Positions 12,699 through 26,240 of a stretch of DNA of 64,000 nt are shown here, in pieces (the first letter of the stretch is position 1; each line of letters opens with the position of its first letter). Source of the stretch: Cystobasidiomycetes sp. EMM_F5 (Eukaryota); the NCBI GenBank assembly GCA_051047955.1, contig JBPGPT010000023.1, forward strand, positions 124,001 to 188,000, given 5' to 3'. The notes under the pieces were generated by a model. It searched no databases. It saw only the letters and a program-made list of their open reading frames with translations, and was not told where the DNA came from. A program made the translations under genes and the position numbers.

Positions 12699-13812
12699 TC
12701 ATAAAGCTAGCCGGTAGGATACGTAGCGGCCAGCAGTCTGCGAACAGCACAGAAATCAGCAGAGTCTCATCAGGAAAGCCACAGCGGTAGTCATACCTCA
12801 GACCGCCTGACAATCTTCACAACTTGTCCTCTCCGCAAGCCGTAATATCTGGCAACCGGATCTTGCAGTTGTATCCGGGGCAGTTGTGTTTCCTTCAGTC
12901 GGCTTAACTCAAGCGAGTGAATAAGACTCTAGCAGAATGTAGCGCATTACAGAACGGGACCTACTATTTCTCGAGCAGCTGCTTCTTCTCCTCTGGAGAC
13001 AGGACGGAGTGCTGTGGCACCAACTCATGTCTTGTAATATTCACCAGCAGTTCTGCTTCTTGAAAGGCCTCTACGTCAATACCGAGCCCGCTCTTCACAT
13101 TGCTGATTGCCTAGAGAAAGAGGGAATCTGTGGTTAGCACGGCTGCGAAGCGTTTTCAGTGCATGACACAACAAATACACCTTTGCGGCCGCTGGCGTTA
13201 GCTTGCCATCGTATATGAAGATACCCTTGTCTATTTTTTGCTCGTCCAAGACTTGCAGGATTCTGCGACAATTACGCCGGATCAGCCTGTGTCAGTATTG
13301 ACGTCCTAGCTTGAAACAGACCGCCTGATTGGTTTGATACCGACACCGGCCTTCTTCTCTTCGTCACTGTAGTAGACGTAGATCTTCTCGCCAGCTTCGT
13401 TCACGGCTTGAAAGTTTAAAGAAGATTTACTGTGAACCAGTAGGATATGTCAACTTGCGAGTTCTAGAGCAATAGCGGACCGTCTGGCGAGGCGACAAGT
13501 AGTAGTTGACCGGTCCAGAATGCTGCTTGATAGCCTGACTTGCATCTGAACAAGACTCACTCTAGAATACCATTGACTGTATGCTGAGCGGTGAATTCGT
13601 CCAACTCGACCCGGATCTCCTCTTCTGAAACGCCGTATTTCTGCGAGGGCATTAATGATATCCACCGTGTGGTCAGGTATCCGAGCAGACCCCTCCGTCA
13701 GTCTAGGCGCTCTCCTTCTTTCTCGTCCATAACTGACCCTATCTAAAATCATTTCCTTGACCGTCCTGTTGACTCGCAGCAAGCGAGCAATTGACCTGGC
13801 ATTCTCGTCCAT
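12699..13812 (-). CDS. RPB5: RNA polymerase I/II/III shared subunit RPABC1
   Basis: [13 protein letters not shown] start; [73 protein letters not shown]. Confidence 0.95.
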
Positions 13813-14011
13813 TGCGACTCAGCAGATGCTCGTTCTTTGACAGGGTGTAGTGCTAGTCGTGCGTACAGAAGCAGAAAGCAGCTCTTGTCGTCGAGCTCGC
13901 TTGATCGAGTTATAATGACCAACATTATCGGCCAATGCAAAGGTTGGCTCAACACAAATTCATGCAAATACACTGATAACGTGATTAAAGTCCTGTCCGG
14001 CCGCGCCCGAG

Positions 14012-14963
14012 AGTTCGTCCATGCCAGTCTTCACCATGTCCTGTGTTGCAGCTCGCTAATTGAACTGACGTGCAGTGGGCATCGCATTCTCGTCGCTAGT
14101 CAGTGCAGAGCGGCGGTCTTTAGGAATGCCACATGTACTGACATAAAAGTCCGCTAATCTTTACCCCACTTGACGCCCACGCTTTTGCCCTATGTCAATC
14201 TGCATCAATGTCTAGTGGGAACGCGTATTCGGGAAAGAGGAAATGAAAGTCTGTATACTAGGTTTGGATAATGCTGGGAAAGTACGTATGCAGGCGTTCT
14301 TCGTCGACTCTTTCCGATTTGCTGACAAGGCACCACGATAGACCACCGTCTTGTACAAGCTCACGCTGGGTGAAGTGGTCTCGACAGCTCCAACAGTGAA
14401 GACTGTCTTTCGAACGAATGCACAGTGCTGTCCTAATCGCATCGGTTCACTTTAGGTTGGCTCGAATGTCGAAGTATTTCAACACAAGAATCTGAACATT
14501 CGATTGTGGGATCTGGGCGGCCAGTCGGCACTGCGGCAGAGCTGGGCACAGTACTACGCCAAATCAAAGTATGAATTCAGTACCGCGTCTTGAAAACTTC
14601 TGATACGTTTTGTTCCGCCCAGGGCCATTATTCTAGTCGTCGATAGTACTGACAGAGAACGCTTGCCGATAGCGCAGCAGGAACTGCACAAGATGACGGC
14701 AGATCCCGCGTTAGCGGGAGCGGCTCTTCTTGTCTTGGCAAACAAGCAAGACGTCCGAGGGTGCGAAGCCTGTCGACTCATTTACGAAGTAGTCACGCTC
14801 ATATTTCCGCTGCAGGTGCATGAATGCTGCAGATATAAGTCAAGGGTTGGACTTGACGAGCATGAAGGACAGGCAATGGCACATTGTAGCCTGCTCGGCA
14901 TTGACCGGCAGAGGCTTACCAGAAGGACTAGACTGGCTGACGTTACGCTTATCGGGTAAGTAA
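14012..14963 (+). CDS. ARL5: ARF-like small GTPase, ARL5 type
   Basis: Spliced MGIAFSSLWERVFGKEEMKVCILGLDNAGKTT...PTVGSNVE...WDLGGQ...ANKQD...ACSALTG; GSNVE rather than GFNVE points to ARL5. Confidence 0.85.
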
Positions 14964-15259
14964 GTCGGCGTATGAGGAATAAAGTATCTGTCGTATTCCG
15001 TAAGTGCAGTGACTATGTTGTCGTAAAATATGATATCGATTCTGCTTCGTGTCCTTCGCTGCGGAAGTATCCCGCACTATGTGGCGAGCCATACAGGCAA
15101 TGCATCCACCATCCTTTGTGTCTAAATACTTCACAGCCTACGTAGAGTGTCGAAAGTGGCATTTATCAACTGGTCTTTGGCTCTCTCGCATCTCCAACGA
15201 AAGCGTCCTGTAAGACCACCGCCGCTGAAGCATTCAATTCGTCCTCATCGTCAAAGATC

Positions 15260-16017
15260 ATGCTATCCAATTTCCAATCATTCTTGTCCGCAGAGCCGGC
15301 GACCGTCTACGATCGGCTACTCATACAGCGACCAAAAGCTGTTTTAGAGGCTGTAAGCTTTTCACTCCACTCCAACATAGGTGTCAACGGCTGATGTATC
15401 GCTGGCAGGTCAACGATGCAGTACGCTTGTATCCATCGGGACCGAGCGTGACATTTCGTTATGTCCTCAGCAAAGCGTGCTGCGGAGTTGTCACTATAGG
15501 TCGGTGGGAGCAGGTCTACGAACTGGACGAGCTCAGTGCGCATCAGAAAGAGCATACCGCTTACTCAACATCTTCAATTGTTCCCTGGATAATAAAGATC
15601 GACTTGGTCTCATCCTCCTCTGATCCGAGCGCAACCTTCTTCGAAGGTGAGAAGCATTTTGCTGCGCTCGGAATCGACGTCAATAGTCTTGAGGTAGAAG
15701 CAACATGGTGTGTCTTAATAAGTCGTTCCTTAACTCGCTTTGCGACGTACTGAAGCGTTGGTGACAGCGGTCGAATCAGCGTCATGACCTTGGTAAAAGA
15801 CGACTCTGCTGTGGACGGTCGCTCATACATGACACAGCCCACCTTGATGCCAGCTGAGCAGCTTCTATCTCAGCTGCACGATGCACAAATGACAAACCCG
15901 TTTGCGAGCATGTACGACAAAGTATGTGGAATGTTTGGTAGTCACAGCAGCACCAGTGGCTACGTCAAAATCTAGTCAGTAATCAGCTTCTCGTCAGTCC
16001 GCTCTGTATCGCTTTAA
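15260..16017 (+). CDS. Hypothetical protein
   Basis: ORF segments 15394-15753 and 15784-15975 can be joined by phase-compatible GT-AG introns; no recognisable motif. Confidence 0.5.
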
Positions 16018-16282
16018 TCGTTACGATCAGCCTAGACAAAGCAAATTCCCGGAACGCTATCTTGAGTCTGAAGAGACAACGAAGGGCTTTATACAGCGTA
16101 CATAAGTAATTTTAAAATCCAGAACCCTGAAAGAACATGAGATTGGCGAATACTTAAGTAGGACTCTGCAAGATTAGTGTAAAGCTTGGTGGTGCTTCGA
16201 TGCAAGCGTCGGGAACAGCCTCTGTCGCAAAAGTGAGGAGGCCGGATCCTTATGACTCGTACCAACACCAGATTGTGCCAAT

Positions 16283-17190
<908 letters not shown>

Positions 17191-17503
17191 CTTTCAGGGT
17201 TGTGCAAGGTAAACTGCGAGCGACGTCCGGTGTTTGTCCAAAGGGCGGCTTCAGACGTCGGCAAGCTGATGCATAACGGCCGATCAAGCGCATAAAAGTC
17301 ACGACATCATCGCGAAAGCTAGGCAAAACACAGGTGCTCATGCTCTGCTAGACTCTGCGACCGCGTCTGTGGTCCGTAGTTGGCCTCGCTCCCAACCCCC
17401 GACTTTAAAATGGCAGAAAATTCATGCACAACAGAGCAGCCCCACCGACCTTGCTGCGTACTTTGCACTTTTCGCTTTGCGATCCTGGGCACTGACGCGT
17501 GCT

Positions 17504-18724
17504 CTAGGTATGGGAGAACTTGGCCTTCCGCTTCTCTGCGAAGGCGCCCATACCCTCTTTTTGATCGTTCTGGTGAATAGAGTATCGCTTATCAGCCTTG
17601 ACACAAGGTGGTATATACTGGCGAGACTTACAGTCGCAAACAGCATGTGAAACAGCTTTCGTTCGTATATCAGACCTTGCGATAATGGCAATTCGAATGC
17701 TGCGAATCGTATGCCGTCAGCACACCATGCATGGAAAGGTGTCTTGAACGATGGAGCTCAGTAAGTACCTGCGTTGACAGCCTCCTTTGCTGCTTGCACG
17801 CTGATACGGCCTTTGCTCGCAATCTTATCGGCGACTTTGATGGCCTCTTCGACAGTCTTGTCATGTGAGTCCCCAACGATTCGGCTGACCAGCCCCCACG
17901 CTTCTGCTTCAGCGGCGCTGAAGTTTCGACCAGTGAGAACAATTTCCATTGCTCGTGATTTCCCGATAGCATGAGTCAGGCGTTGTGTCCCTCCGGACCC
18001 AGGTATAACGCCAAGCTGTCATACTCTTGACTTTAGCCGCAGCGGTTGCATGAAGCTTTCCGAGCGCACGTACGTTTATCTCGGGTTGTCCGAATGTAGC
18101 GTTAGATGTAGCAAGAAGTATGTCACACCTGCGGAGTCCTCCATCAGATGCGACCTGTTTCGAGACGAGTGCTGGCGTACATCATCGCCAACTCGCAACC
18201 TCCGCCCAGCTGCAACAGAGAATGTCAGAGAGACCGGCAGTGTAGATACTGAGCGCAGGACTCACTGCGTACCCGCTGACAGCACCTATGATTGGTTTCC
18301 GAACATTGTTCATTCGGGTCCAGTGACCGAGAAATTGGGTGCGATAGACTTCAGCGAATTGCTTATCCTTCATTTCTTTAATGTCTGCTCCGGCTGCGAA
18401 CGCCTTCTCGCTGCCCGTTAGCACAATTGCCCCAATGTCTTGCGAGCGGTCCGATTTCTCCATAGCATCGTTTAGCTCGTGGAACAATTCGGAGTTCAGC
18501 GCATTGAGCTGCAATATGCGTAGAACTTTAGTTGCAGTGGTTGCGTTATCATTCAATATGTTGCCTACAGCTTTCGGCCGGTTCAGTCTGATGAGCGAGA
18601 CATCGTTATTTGCACCGACGGTTTCTACGAGGATGTTATTGTAGGCAGCGGTCGTGCTCTGAAGTCTGCGCAGGACGGTATTGCATCGAGACGCAATCAA
18701 GTGTCTTGAGCATTGGAGTAACAT
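17504..18724 (-). CDS. Mitochondrial enoyl-CoA hydratase (ECHS1-like)
   Basis: Arg-rich presequence; [49 protein letters not shown]. Confidence 0.93.
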
Positions 18725-19006
18725 CGTGTCGCAGTCGGCTATGCAAAGAGCCCGGCCTAAACAGTGGCAAACGACAGGACATGCATGTGCAGCAAGTACT
18801 TTACTGTTCATTCTACGAGCGGTAAGCTACAACTGGGGATAGACGGAGGACATTGAGGTAATTATTATTGTCTTTGATCTCATGATTAGGTATCCTCATC
18901 GAAATTAAATGCCGAATTTGCTGGTGTTGCGGGGCATTGGAAGAATATGCCAAATTTCAATGTTTTTAGGAGGCTGGTGACGTCCTACACACTCTCCACA
19001 CGTCAT

Positions 19007-20478
19007 TTAACCAGCAACGAAGATATCTGGCCCGTAGCACATATGTGGTAGGATTAACGATAAGCTTTGTACGTAATTAATGGTCAGCACGAGCAAAAGC
19101 ATTATTTCTTTTCAAGCTGAAACCTACTTGTAGCTGGTGAGGAAGGGATTATCGTTTGTGAGGGCCACGAATCCAGTTCCGTTCAAAGCTGGACCAGTCT
19201 TAGCGATCGGTGTGTTGTAAAGATCGCCTGCTGGAATCTTCGCGTATCCAGAATTTGCGCCAGTGAGGGTCAACGGGGAGAAGGACGCGTTAAGTTGATG
19301 CACAAACATGGCGAACTTTGGCGTTGCTCCACCTGGCGATACGGTTGTGTACGACTTGGATGGACCGACCTTTTCTCCCGCATTCTTCCATTCGAAGTAA
19401 ACGGTCTGATTGTCTTGTAAGAGACGGCTGATGTTGGTGTTGATCGCAGCCTTGGAATTTGATCTGACGAGAGTGGGAGCATTCTTGACTTTGAGTGTGG
19501 CATAATTTGACCAGCCAATGCGAGGTGTATCGCTCGGGCAAGACTGGATGTACGGAGCCAACAATGTCCATTGCCACGATTGAGGAATGCCTGGCTCAAA
19601 GTAGACATCCATAGCGGGTGCACTGCGCGCAAACGGTGGTCAGCCTTTCCACAGTGACTGCAGTACAATAGGACGTACCCAGTAAATTGCCGGAAGATCA
19701 TCTGCTGGCGTGCTTCGGTCGCAATAGATTGACCGAGCAGGCCACCGGAAGGTCGCGAGTTGAGCTGTGACAGGAAGCCCCATACTCCAGATTCGCCCCA
19801 TCGGGTGAGCTTCTGATTAAAGTCCAGGTATTCGCGGACATTGCTGAAGGCACCGGAGTAATTGTATGTGCATTGCTTAGCAGCACCAGGTCCGAGAATA
19901 TTCGTTAGCAATTCTGGGGGGTTCAAATCGTATCAGCGTCATCCACTTCTTTATTACGAACTTGACCATACGAGCGTGTCCTGTCTCTTGGTTCGCCATG
20001 AATTGAAGAAGGTCGCGCTCTGGTTGGAAAAGACCGGCGTCCTCGAACTCGGCCTTGCTGAATCGCTTCAATCCATAATTGAACAGATCCTGTAGGGGAG
20101 TCAGCCAATATTACTGGGCCAGGCATTCGTCTTTGCTTACGAGTTCAATCCATTCTTGGTACAAACCCAAGTTGAAAGATGCATAGTCGAAATCGGTAAT
20201 CGCTCGGTACACTGGCTTCGCGATGCTATTATTGGAGCCCGGATCAATAACGGTGACCTATGTAATGATGTGAGCAATGGTCAAGTTCCAATATGTGAGC
20301 TTTAGCCTACTGTTAACCCGTTGCCGCCATCGCCGTCAACATTTGGATTAGGTCCAGTCCCTCCAGCAGAGGTACTTTGGGTCTGGCCATTAGGACCGGT
20401 GTATCTCTCTTGCACTGGTACAGCAGATGCAGCGGATGCGAGGCATACAGCCAAAGCTACTGCAGTGTATGATTTCAT
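19007..20478 (-). CDS. Secreted ferritin-like stress protein, Rds1 family
   Basis: Signal peptide MKSYTAVALAVCLASAASA; QEWIEL, FMANQETGHA, KLTRWGESGVWGFL, TEARQQMIFRQF, WTLLAPYIQSCP. Confidence 0.88.
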
Positions 20479-21027
20479 GGTCGCTGTGCAATTCAGGGGT
20501 TTAGTGGAAGATCAGAAGACAAGCAGTGGGCAACGAGTTACGAAGCAAAGGATTTGTGGATGCAGCCACATTAGTTGTTTGCGTCCGTGATACTGCGCTC
20601 GCCGCGGATCAGAAGTCAGTCAATTGCAGATCCCGATATTGCCACTCGAAAGCGTCATGAAGAAGTGAAGATCCTGCTCACAATCCGGATCCATCAAGCA
20701 GGCGAAAGGCCTCATCAGTCTATTACGCAAAGAACAGTCCGCATCAGATATCGTAAGCTCATCGTAGCACGTTAGTCCCCATGCGACCATTCTTTCATCG
20801 TAGATGCAAGTCGTCAATCTGATCACGTGTATCAGTCGACTTTTAGATACCTCTAGCATAGCGCACTATGGCACAGGCGGAAATCCCTGCGAGTGTTGTG
20901 ATGATGATATACAATGACAACTACCACATCGAGCGGGATGTATTAATCAGCTATTGTGGACGAATGAAGAGGGTCGGATATGTAAACACCAACCTGAGAA
21001 CACTGCCTGGATGCGTTGCGCACGAGC

Positions 21028-23456
21028 TCATAATACCGTAGCGACCGGATGACACCTTCGACTATGACTATCTACCTCCCATTCAAGAATAATCCTTTCC
21101 ATACTTGCATACAAATACCGTCCGCTAGGGTCCCAGTCCAGCCCCGTAACAGCACTGGACGAAGGGGGCATCATAATTGGATTACCATTTGGGTCCAGCA
21201 GTAAAGCGGTGACGGATTCAGCACCGGCAGTTGTGTATTGATCGTCATCGTTATCATTGTCGTATCTTCCGTAAGCTGTACCAGTATTGTCGTACGCCGA
21301 GTCGTACGAAAACGTTCCATACGCATCATCATCGTACAAGACACCCTCCTGACCAACATCCTGAGATGGAGCAGTGTATTGCTGGGTTCTATGTGACGCC
21401 GAAGTCGATAATATATCGGCTACCGTTATGCGCTCCTGACCGCTACTCGTAGACGGTAGTGCGCTCGTGCTCGTCGACGCAGTGGCGGAAGAGTTCAAAT
21501 TGTAGTAGGCATCAAAAAGTGAGGTTGGCCATCTACGAGGAGTAGCTGAATGTGCGCTCGAACTCGGTCTTGGCGAGTTTGCAAGGAGAAGAGGATGTAA
21601 GGACGTGTCGTTTGTAAAAGGTGCAGACATTCTGTCCGAGTTGCGCAACGAAATATGGGCAGTACGCTGGGCAGCCATGGATCCTCTGGCCGGGGTATAA
21701 TTGTGAGAAGTGGCTGATGTTGAGGTGAGCCACGGCATGCCTCTGGACGGGGGGACAAGAGGAGGACAGTCTTGAGAATCATCATCGATGCGCGTATAGT
21801 CGCCGTCAGGAATCGTATTGACAGCTGGCCAAGCTAGACTATCTTCAGGCACGGTATCCCATGGATTGACAGAGGGTGGGGCGGCTGATAGTAAAGAAGT
21901 AGTAGGAATAGACGACAGAGAATTAACGGTCGCTGATGATCGTAGAGCCGCGCTAGAGCGAGAGAGCAGGGGATGCCTAAACAGATCAGAAGCCAGCTCC
22001 GATGGCTGGGGCGCATGCCCAGCTCGCGTGTGTTCGGTCAATTGGACACCGGGCAGATAAATCCTCTCCACAAAGTCGTAAGTTCGCGCATCGACTACGT
22101 GTATGTAATTTTTGTGCTCGGAGAATGCAAGCAACTCATGCGAGCCCTGCGAGTACTTGACGACTCGAGCTGCTCCAGCAGACCCCCGTTGGTATGTTCG
22201 AAATTGATGTAACGGGACCAGCCGTCTTCTGTCAAAGACCGTCACGCTGCCATCTTGTGACGCAACTGCGAAAGCATCGCCAGTGCGAGACCATGACGTG
22301 GAGAACGAAGCGTCTTTTGTGACTATATGAGATGGTTAGGCGAACGGCTGCTGGAAAGACTACAAGGCAAGAGACACACCTTCCAACGTATCGATGAGTG
22401 TATGTTGACCATGCGCATTGATGTCAAACACGAAAATATGGTTGCTGTCTCCGACTGCGACCATGCTTCTCCCATCTGGGCTCACGCTAGCGTGATTTAT
22501 GGGCGTTTCCATCCGTATCCTCTCTTTGAACTCGACATCTGGCGGCGCATCGTACCCCAATGCCGCTGTGCTATCGTCACCAGCATGCATCGGATTGTTC
22601 ATCAGGGCCTCCAAACTGCCATACCGCTTCGGGAAATGCACGTCATACACATAGATAGACTTGTCGTTGTTACACGCGTGTATCCTCGGCACTGCTAGCG
22701 GGTGAAAGGGATGCGGAGTGATTGAAGCTGAATTATTTATGCTTCTGCCCATCTGCATCTGGATGCACCATTTGGAATTGGGATCAGACGACCGCAGTGC
22801 AAACTCTGCAGTGTGCCCTCCTGCTGCGAGCAGTCCACACCCTTTGACGAGGACGTTGGGAAAGAAGTTGAGCGTTTGCAGTAGCGTCTGTTGTAGTACG
22901 CCGGAGGCCACTCAGCAGGCGAAGCAAGCAAGCAAGTGCGCATAATGCACACACCTTGCTTGCAGACTTGGTCCCTTTCCTGCCCATGTCGTATACCGCC
23001 AACGAGTGATAGGCGTGCGCCACCACCTGGCCGGGTGTCTCTGGACATACTAGGAGATCTCGCAGTTGCGGATGAATGCATCTGCATAGACAAACAAGCC
23101 ATGCGGCGTGTGGGTGGTCCGCATCAAAGCAAGACCGACAGTCATATCGTCGACGTCAGTTCAGGTTGGGTTCAGTAAGTGACGGACGGTGAAGATTAGA
23201 ATGTGGAGACAGCCGAGCCAGCAGCAAAGACGAGAGTACGATGCCAGCCCCATCAGGATTCGCACCACAAAGTCAGCTCTCGTTTACGCGGTACCCGTGC
23301 TGCCCGATCACCACTCTGGGGTAGCGTGACCACTCACGTCGTCCGTGCAGACAGCCCTCTTGCCTGCCTTTTGACCAAGCGCCGGCTGCTCTTTGTGAGC
23401 GCTGAGCGAGTACTGCCGCTGCTACTGCCGCTGCCATCATGCGGCTCGATGGCCAT
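21028..23456 (-). CDS. DUF2415-type WD40-like protein; 5' end uncertain
   Basis: HPQLRDLL, LLAAGG, SINNS, CNNDKSI, INHASVSPDG, FSTSWS...FAVASQDG, GAARVVKYS, LAFSEH, VTGLDWDPSG. Confidence 0.82.
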
Positions 23457-24142
23457 TTCTCGCCCAGACGTCAGTGCGCGGTCAAGCAGCTCAAGAGTCG
23501 CAGTGTTCATTTGGGCAAGGCAAGACGGAACTCAACGAAGGCTGGCAGTGCACGGCTCGTTTTATGACAGCAAATGTACACTTGTAGAGATGCGAAATGT
23601 GATAGAGGCTTCTCTTCCGTTGCAGAGTGATAAAAGTACTAGTGCTCGCTTCAAGTTTGATATATATCACGATGCCTTCAACCCACGAGGGTCAACAGGA
23701 TCTGCCAAATGCCCACGTCTCTCTGTATGAACAGTCTGACTGACATGGCCTGCTCAAGCTGCTCCTGCACTGGGATGGGGGTTGTTGGTAACGCCGGTTT
23801 TTTGAAGGACTGGCTTCTTGAGGGCATCCCGGGATGTGATAAACGTCGGTCCCGGGACGTGTCTCCAGTGGTATTTGTCAAGAAGAATATGGGCTATCGC
23901 GTAGGCAACAGCCATTATCTGACGCTGGATAACTGACTGATTGAGCGCCGCATCCACATCTTCGATTTCGGACCGTGATGTCGAGATGTCCAAAACTCCA
24001 CACTGGGCATGGTGGGTTTCTCGATGAGCACGCAGCACGGGTACACAGAAATATTCTACCACAATCCACTCTGCTAGACCTCCACGCAAAAGCAAAGCAA
24101 CAATAATTTGTCGCACGTTGTCTTCGTTCGAGTCCTTCGATT

Positions 24143-25313
24143 TTACGCACGACTGTCGCCTTGGTCGACATCATCCCTCTTTCTTTTCCTGCCACCACTC
24201 GCAGCTGCTGCTGCCTGTTTTATCCGTTTGCTTGTTTTTCCCCTTATCGAAATAGCAGGGTCTCGCTGACCGGGCGTCATTGCTTCCCACTCGGTAGCCA
24301 AAGACGCATCGAGAGCTTGTCGCATTGCCGATACGGCCCACTCGACTTCTCTCTCAAAACGTATGCCTTTGTAATTCGAAGCTGGTACTGGCGGGACAGA
24401 TTGTCCCGGGGCGATACAGGCCAGATCCCATTCGGATAAAACACGAAAGTCGCGCTGCAGCTCCTTCGCCAACTCGGATGTGACCGAAGCTGAAGAGCTC
24501 TGAGGGATCACATGTTCAGAATCGGTCTGCATTACTACCACCCACCTCACCTTTGCCCACAGATAGTCCCAAGCTGCCTCCAGCCAACAGCCTCTCACAC
24601 AGAAACGCTCAGGAAGAGCGAGCTCATCTAAGCGTTCAGTCTTGATGTGCATGCCGACGCCCTCGAAGTGTCTCATAAGCGACCCTTCCAACAGCCCAAA
24701 GCGGTTAAAGGGAATGTCTCGTAGCTAGCGACGGGACTTGTACATATCAGCATGCGTCAACCAGTCATTTGGCGATATCTAGCTGACCTCGCGATCGAAT
24801 GCTCGGAGCATAGCCAAAACGGACGCGCTCTCAACCCTGTCGTCCTCCACGTATCCGTGCGTATATCCAAACAGGATATCTTGCCGCCATAGAATCGCAA
24901 TGCCTAGCAATGACAGGCCGACAAAATGTACGCTGCCGTTCTCTGCAAGATGGGGAACTGGGGACGGCAGTCCCTTCAACGATACTGGGACAGTCCAAGA
25001 AACGCGAGGCGCAGGACCATGGTAGCAAGTGTACCATTGCTTCCACGCTGATTTAATAGACTCCTCTTCCTCCTTCGCTGCAGCCATTCGTGCGGGAGTT
25101 CGAGCATATTCCGCAAATTTCTGCAAGACGTTCGAATAAATCGGGAATGTGACGAGCGAAGTCAGATACTGCTGCTCAGACGCAGTGAAGCGGACGCACT
25201 GCCGCCTGTGAAGCGTCGGTTCCCCACTCTGGCAGTATCCAGTCGAGTGTGTCGTCGCGTCGAGATGTAGTTGCTTGTGTTGACCGCCGAGTACTTGCTC
25301 GTCGACCTGACAT
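24143..25313 (-). CDS. Hypothetical protein with basic C-terminal NLS-like tail
   Basis: Three exons linked by GTGCGT..CAG and GTCAGC..TAG introns; ends SKRIK...GRKRKRDDVDQGDSRA*. Confidence 0.65.
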
Positions 25314-26240
25314 GGTTGTGTAAGGCCAGTCGACAAGTGCGGTGTCAGGTTGTAGCCAAGGGGACTGTTGCTAGCTCCCAGATCTAGAATTCATTTTGTG
25401 ACGATCAGCTGAAAGTCATTGCGCTGTAAGATCTAATTTCTCTTTGCCTTTCAATGTCGACTTCTACCGCATGACCTTCAACACAGTGAGGTGCGGTACA
25501 ATCCGGAGGCAAGGATGTTGGTAGCTTTGTGCAACAATACTTTCGTTGCCAATAATATTGTCTGTCTGCATAAAGCGGGGCAAGGCAGCATTTTACGCGT
25601 CTGCTATATCTCTCGGCATGTAACGACTGAAGCTGAAGCTACCATGACGCGAAAAGCAATATCTAACTCTGCATACAACATTCTGCCAGCATATTGACAG
25701 AGCGGAGTCTGCTTAAACATGCGCAGGCGTATCTTCGAATTCCGCAGGTGCAACCAACATCAGGGAAAGCCAGACCGGACTAGCAGATTCATCAGACCCT
25801 CTTCAGACTCGCACACAGGGTCAATGCTGAATAGAGAAGTGCGAGCTGACCTTCTTGGCCGGTTCAACTGAATGTCGGAGCTGGCTTTTGTTGGAAATCA
25901 GAGAGGCCGAAGCTGACGAGGGAGCGGGGACAGTTGGGCTGACTGGGCAGCAGGCATGCCTGGGATGGGCTGTTGTTTATATACGCAGCACGGGAATACT
26001 GACTACGCAGACTGACACTTGCAGCCTTGGGAGCTGATTCCCTTGGACTGTCGCCACTGGCCAACGGATCCAGCGTGTCACCTGCCCGGTCGAGCGTGGA
26101 TATCAACATCTCGCTGTGCCGGCGTCAAAACATTCGAGCGCAACTTCTTTCTGCTGTCGATTTGCAGCGTCTTGTATTGCAGACTTCGTCGAGGCGGTCA
26201 AGTCATCCATCTCCTTCCTCGGCCAGTTTCGACTGCTGCG

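Noticed and set aside
20898..20998. C/D-box-like pair (ATGATGA ... CTGA)
   Set aside because: No terminal stem and no convincing long rRNA-complementary guide visible; such short motifs arise by chance
23560..24120. Short ORFs on both strands between two genes
   Set aside because: Could not assemble a consistent spliced gene or find a motif
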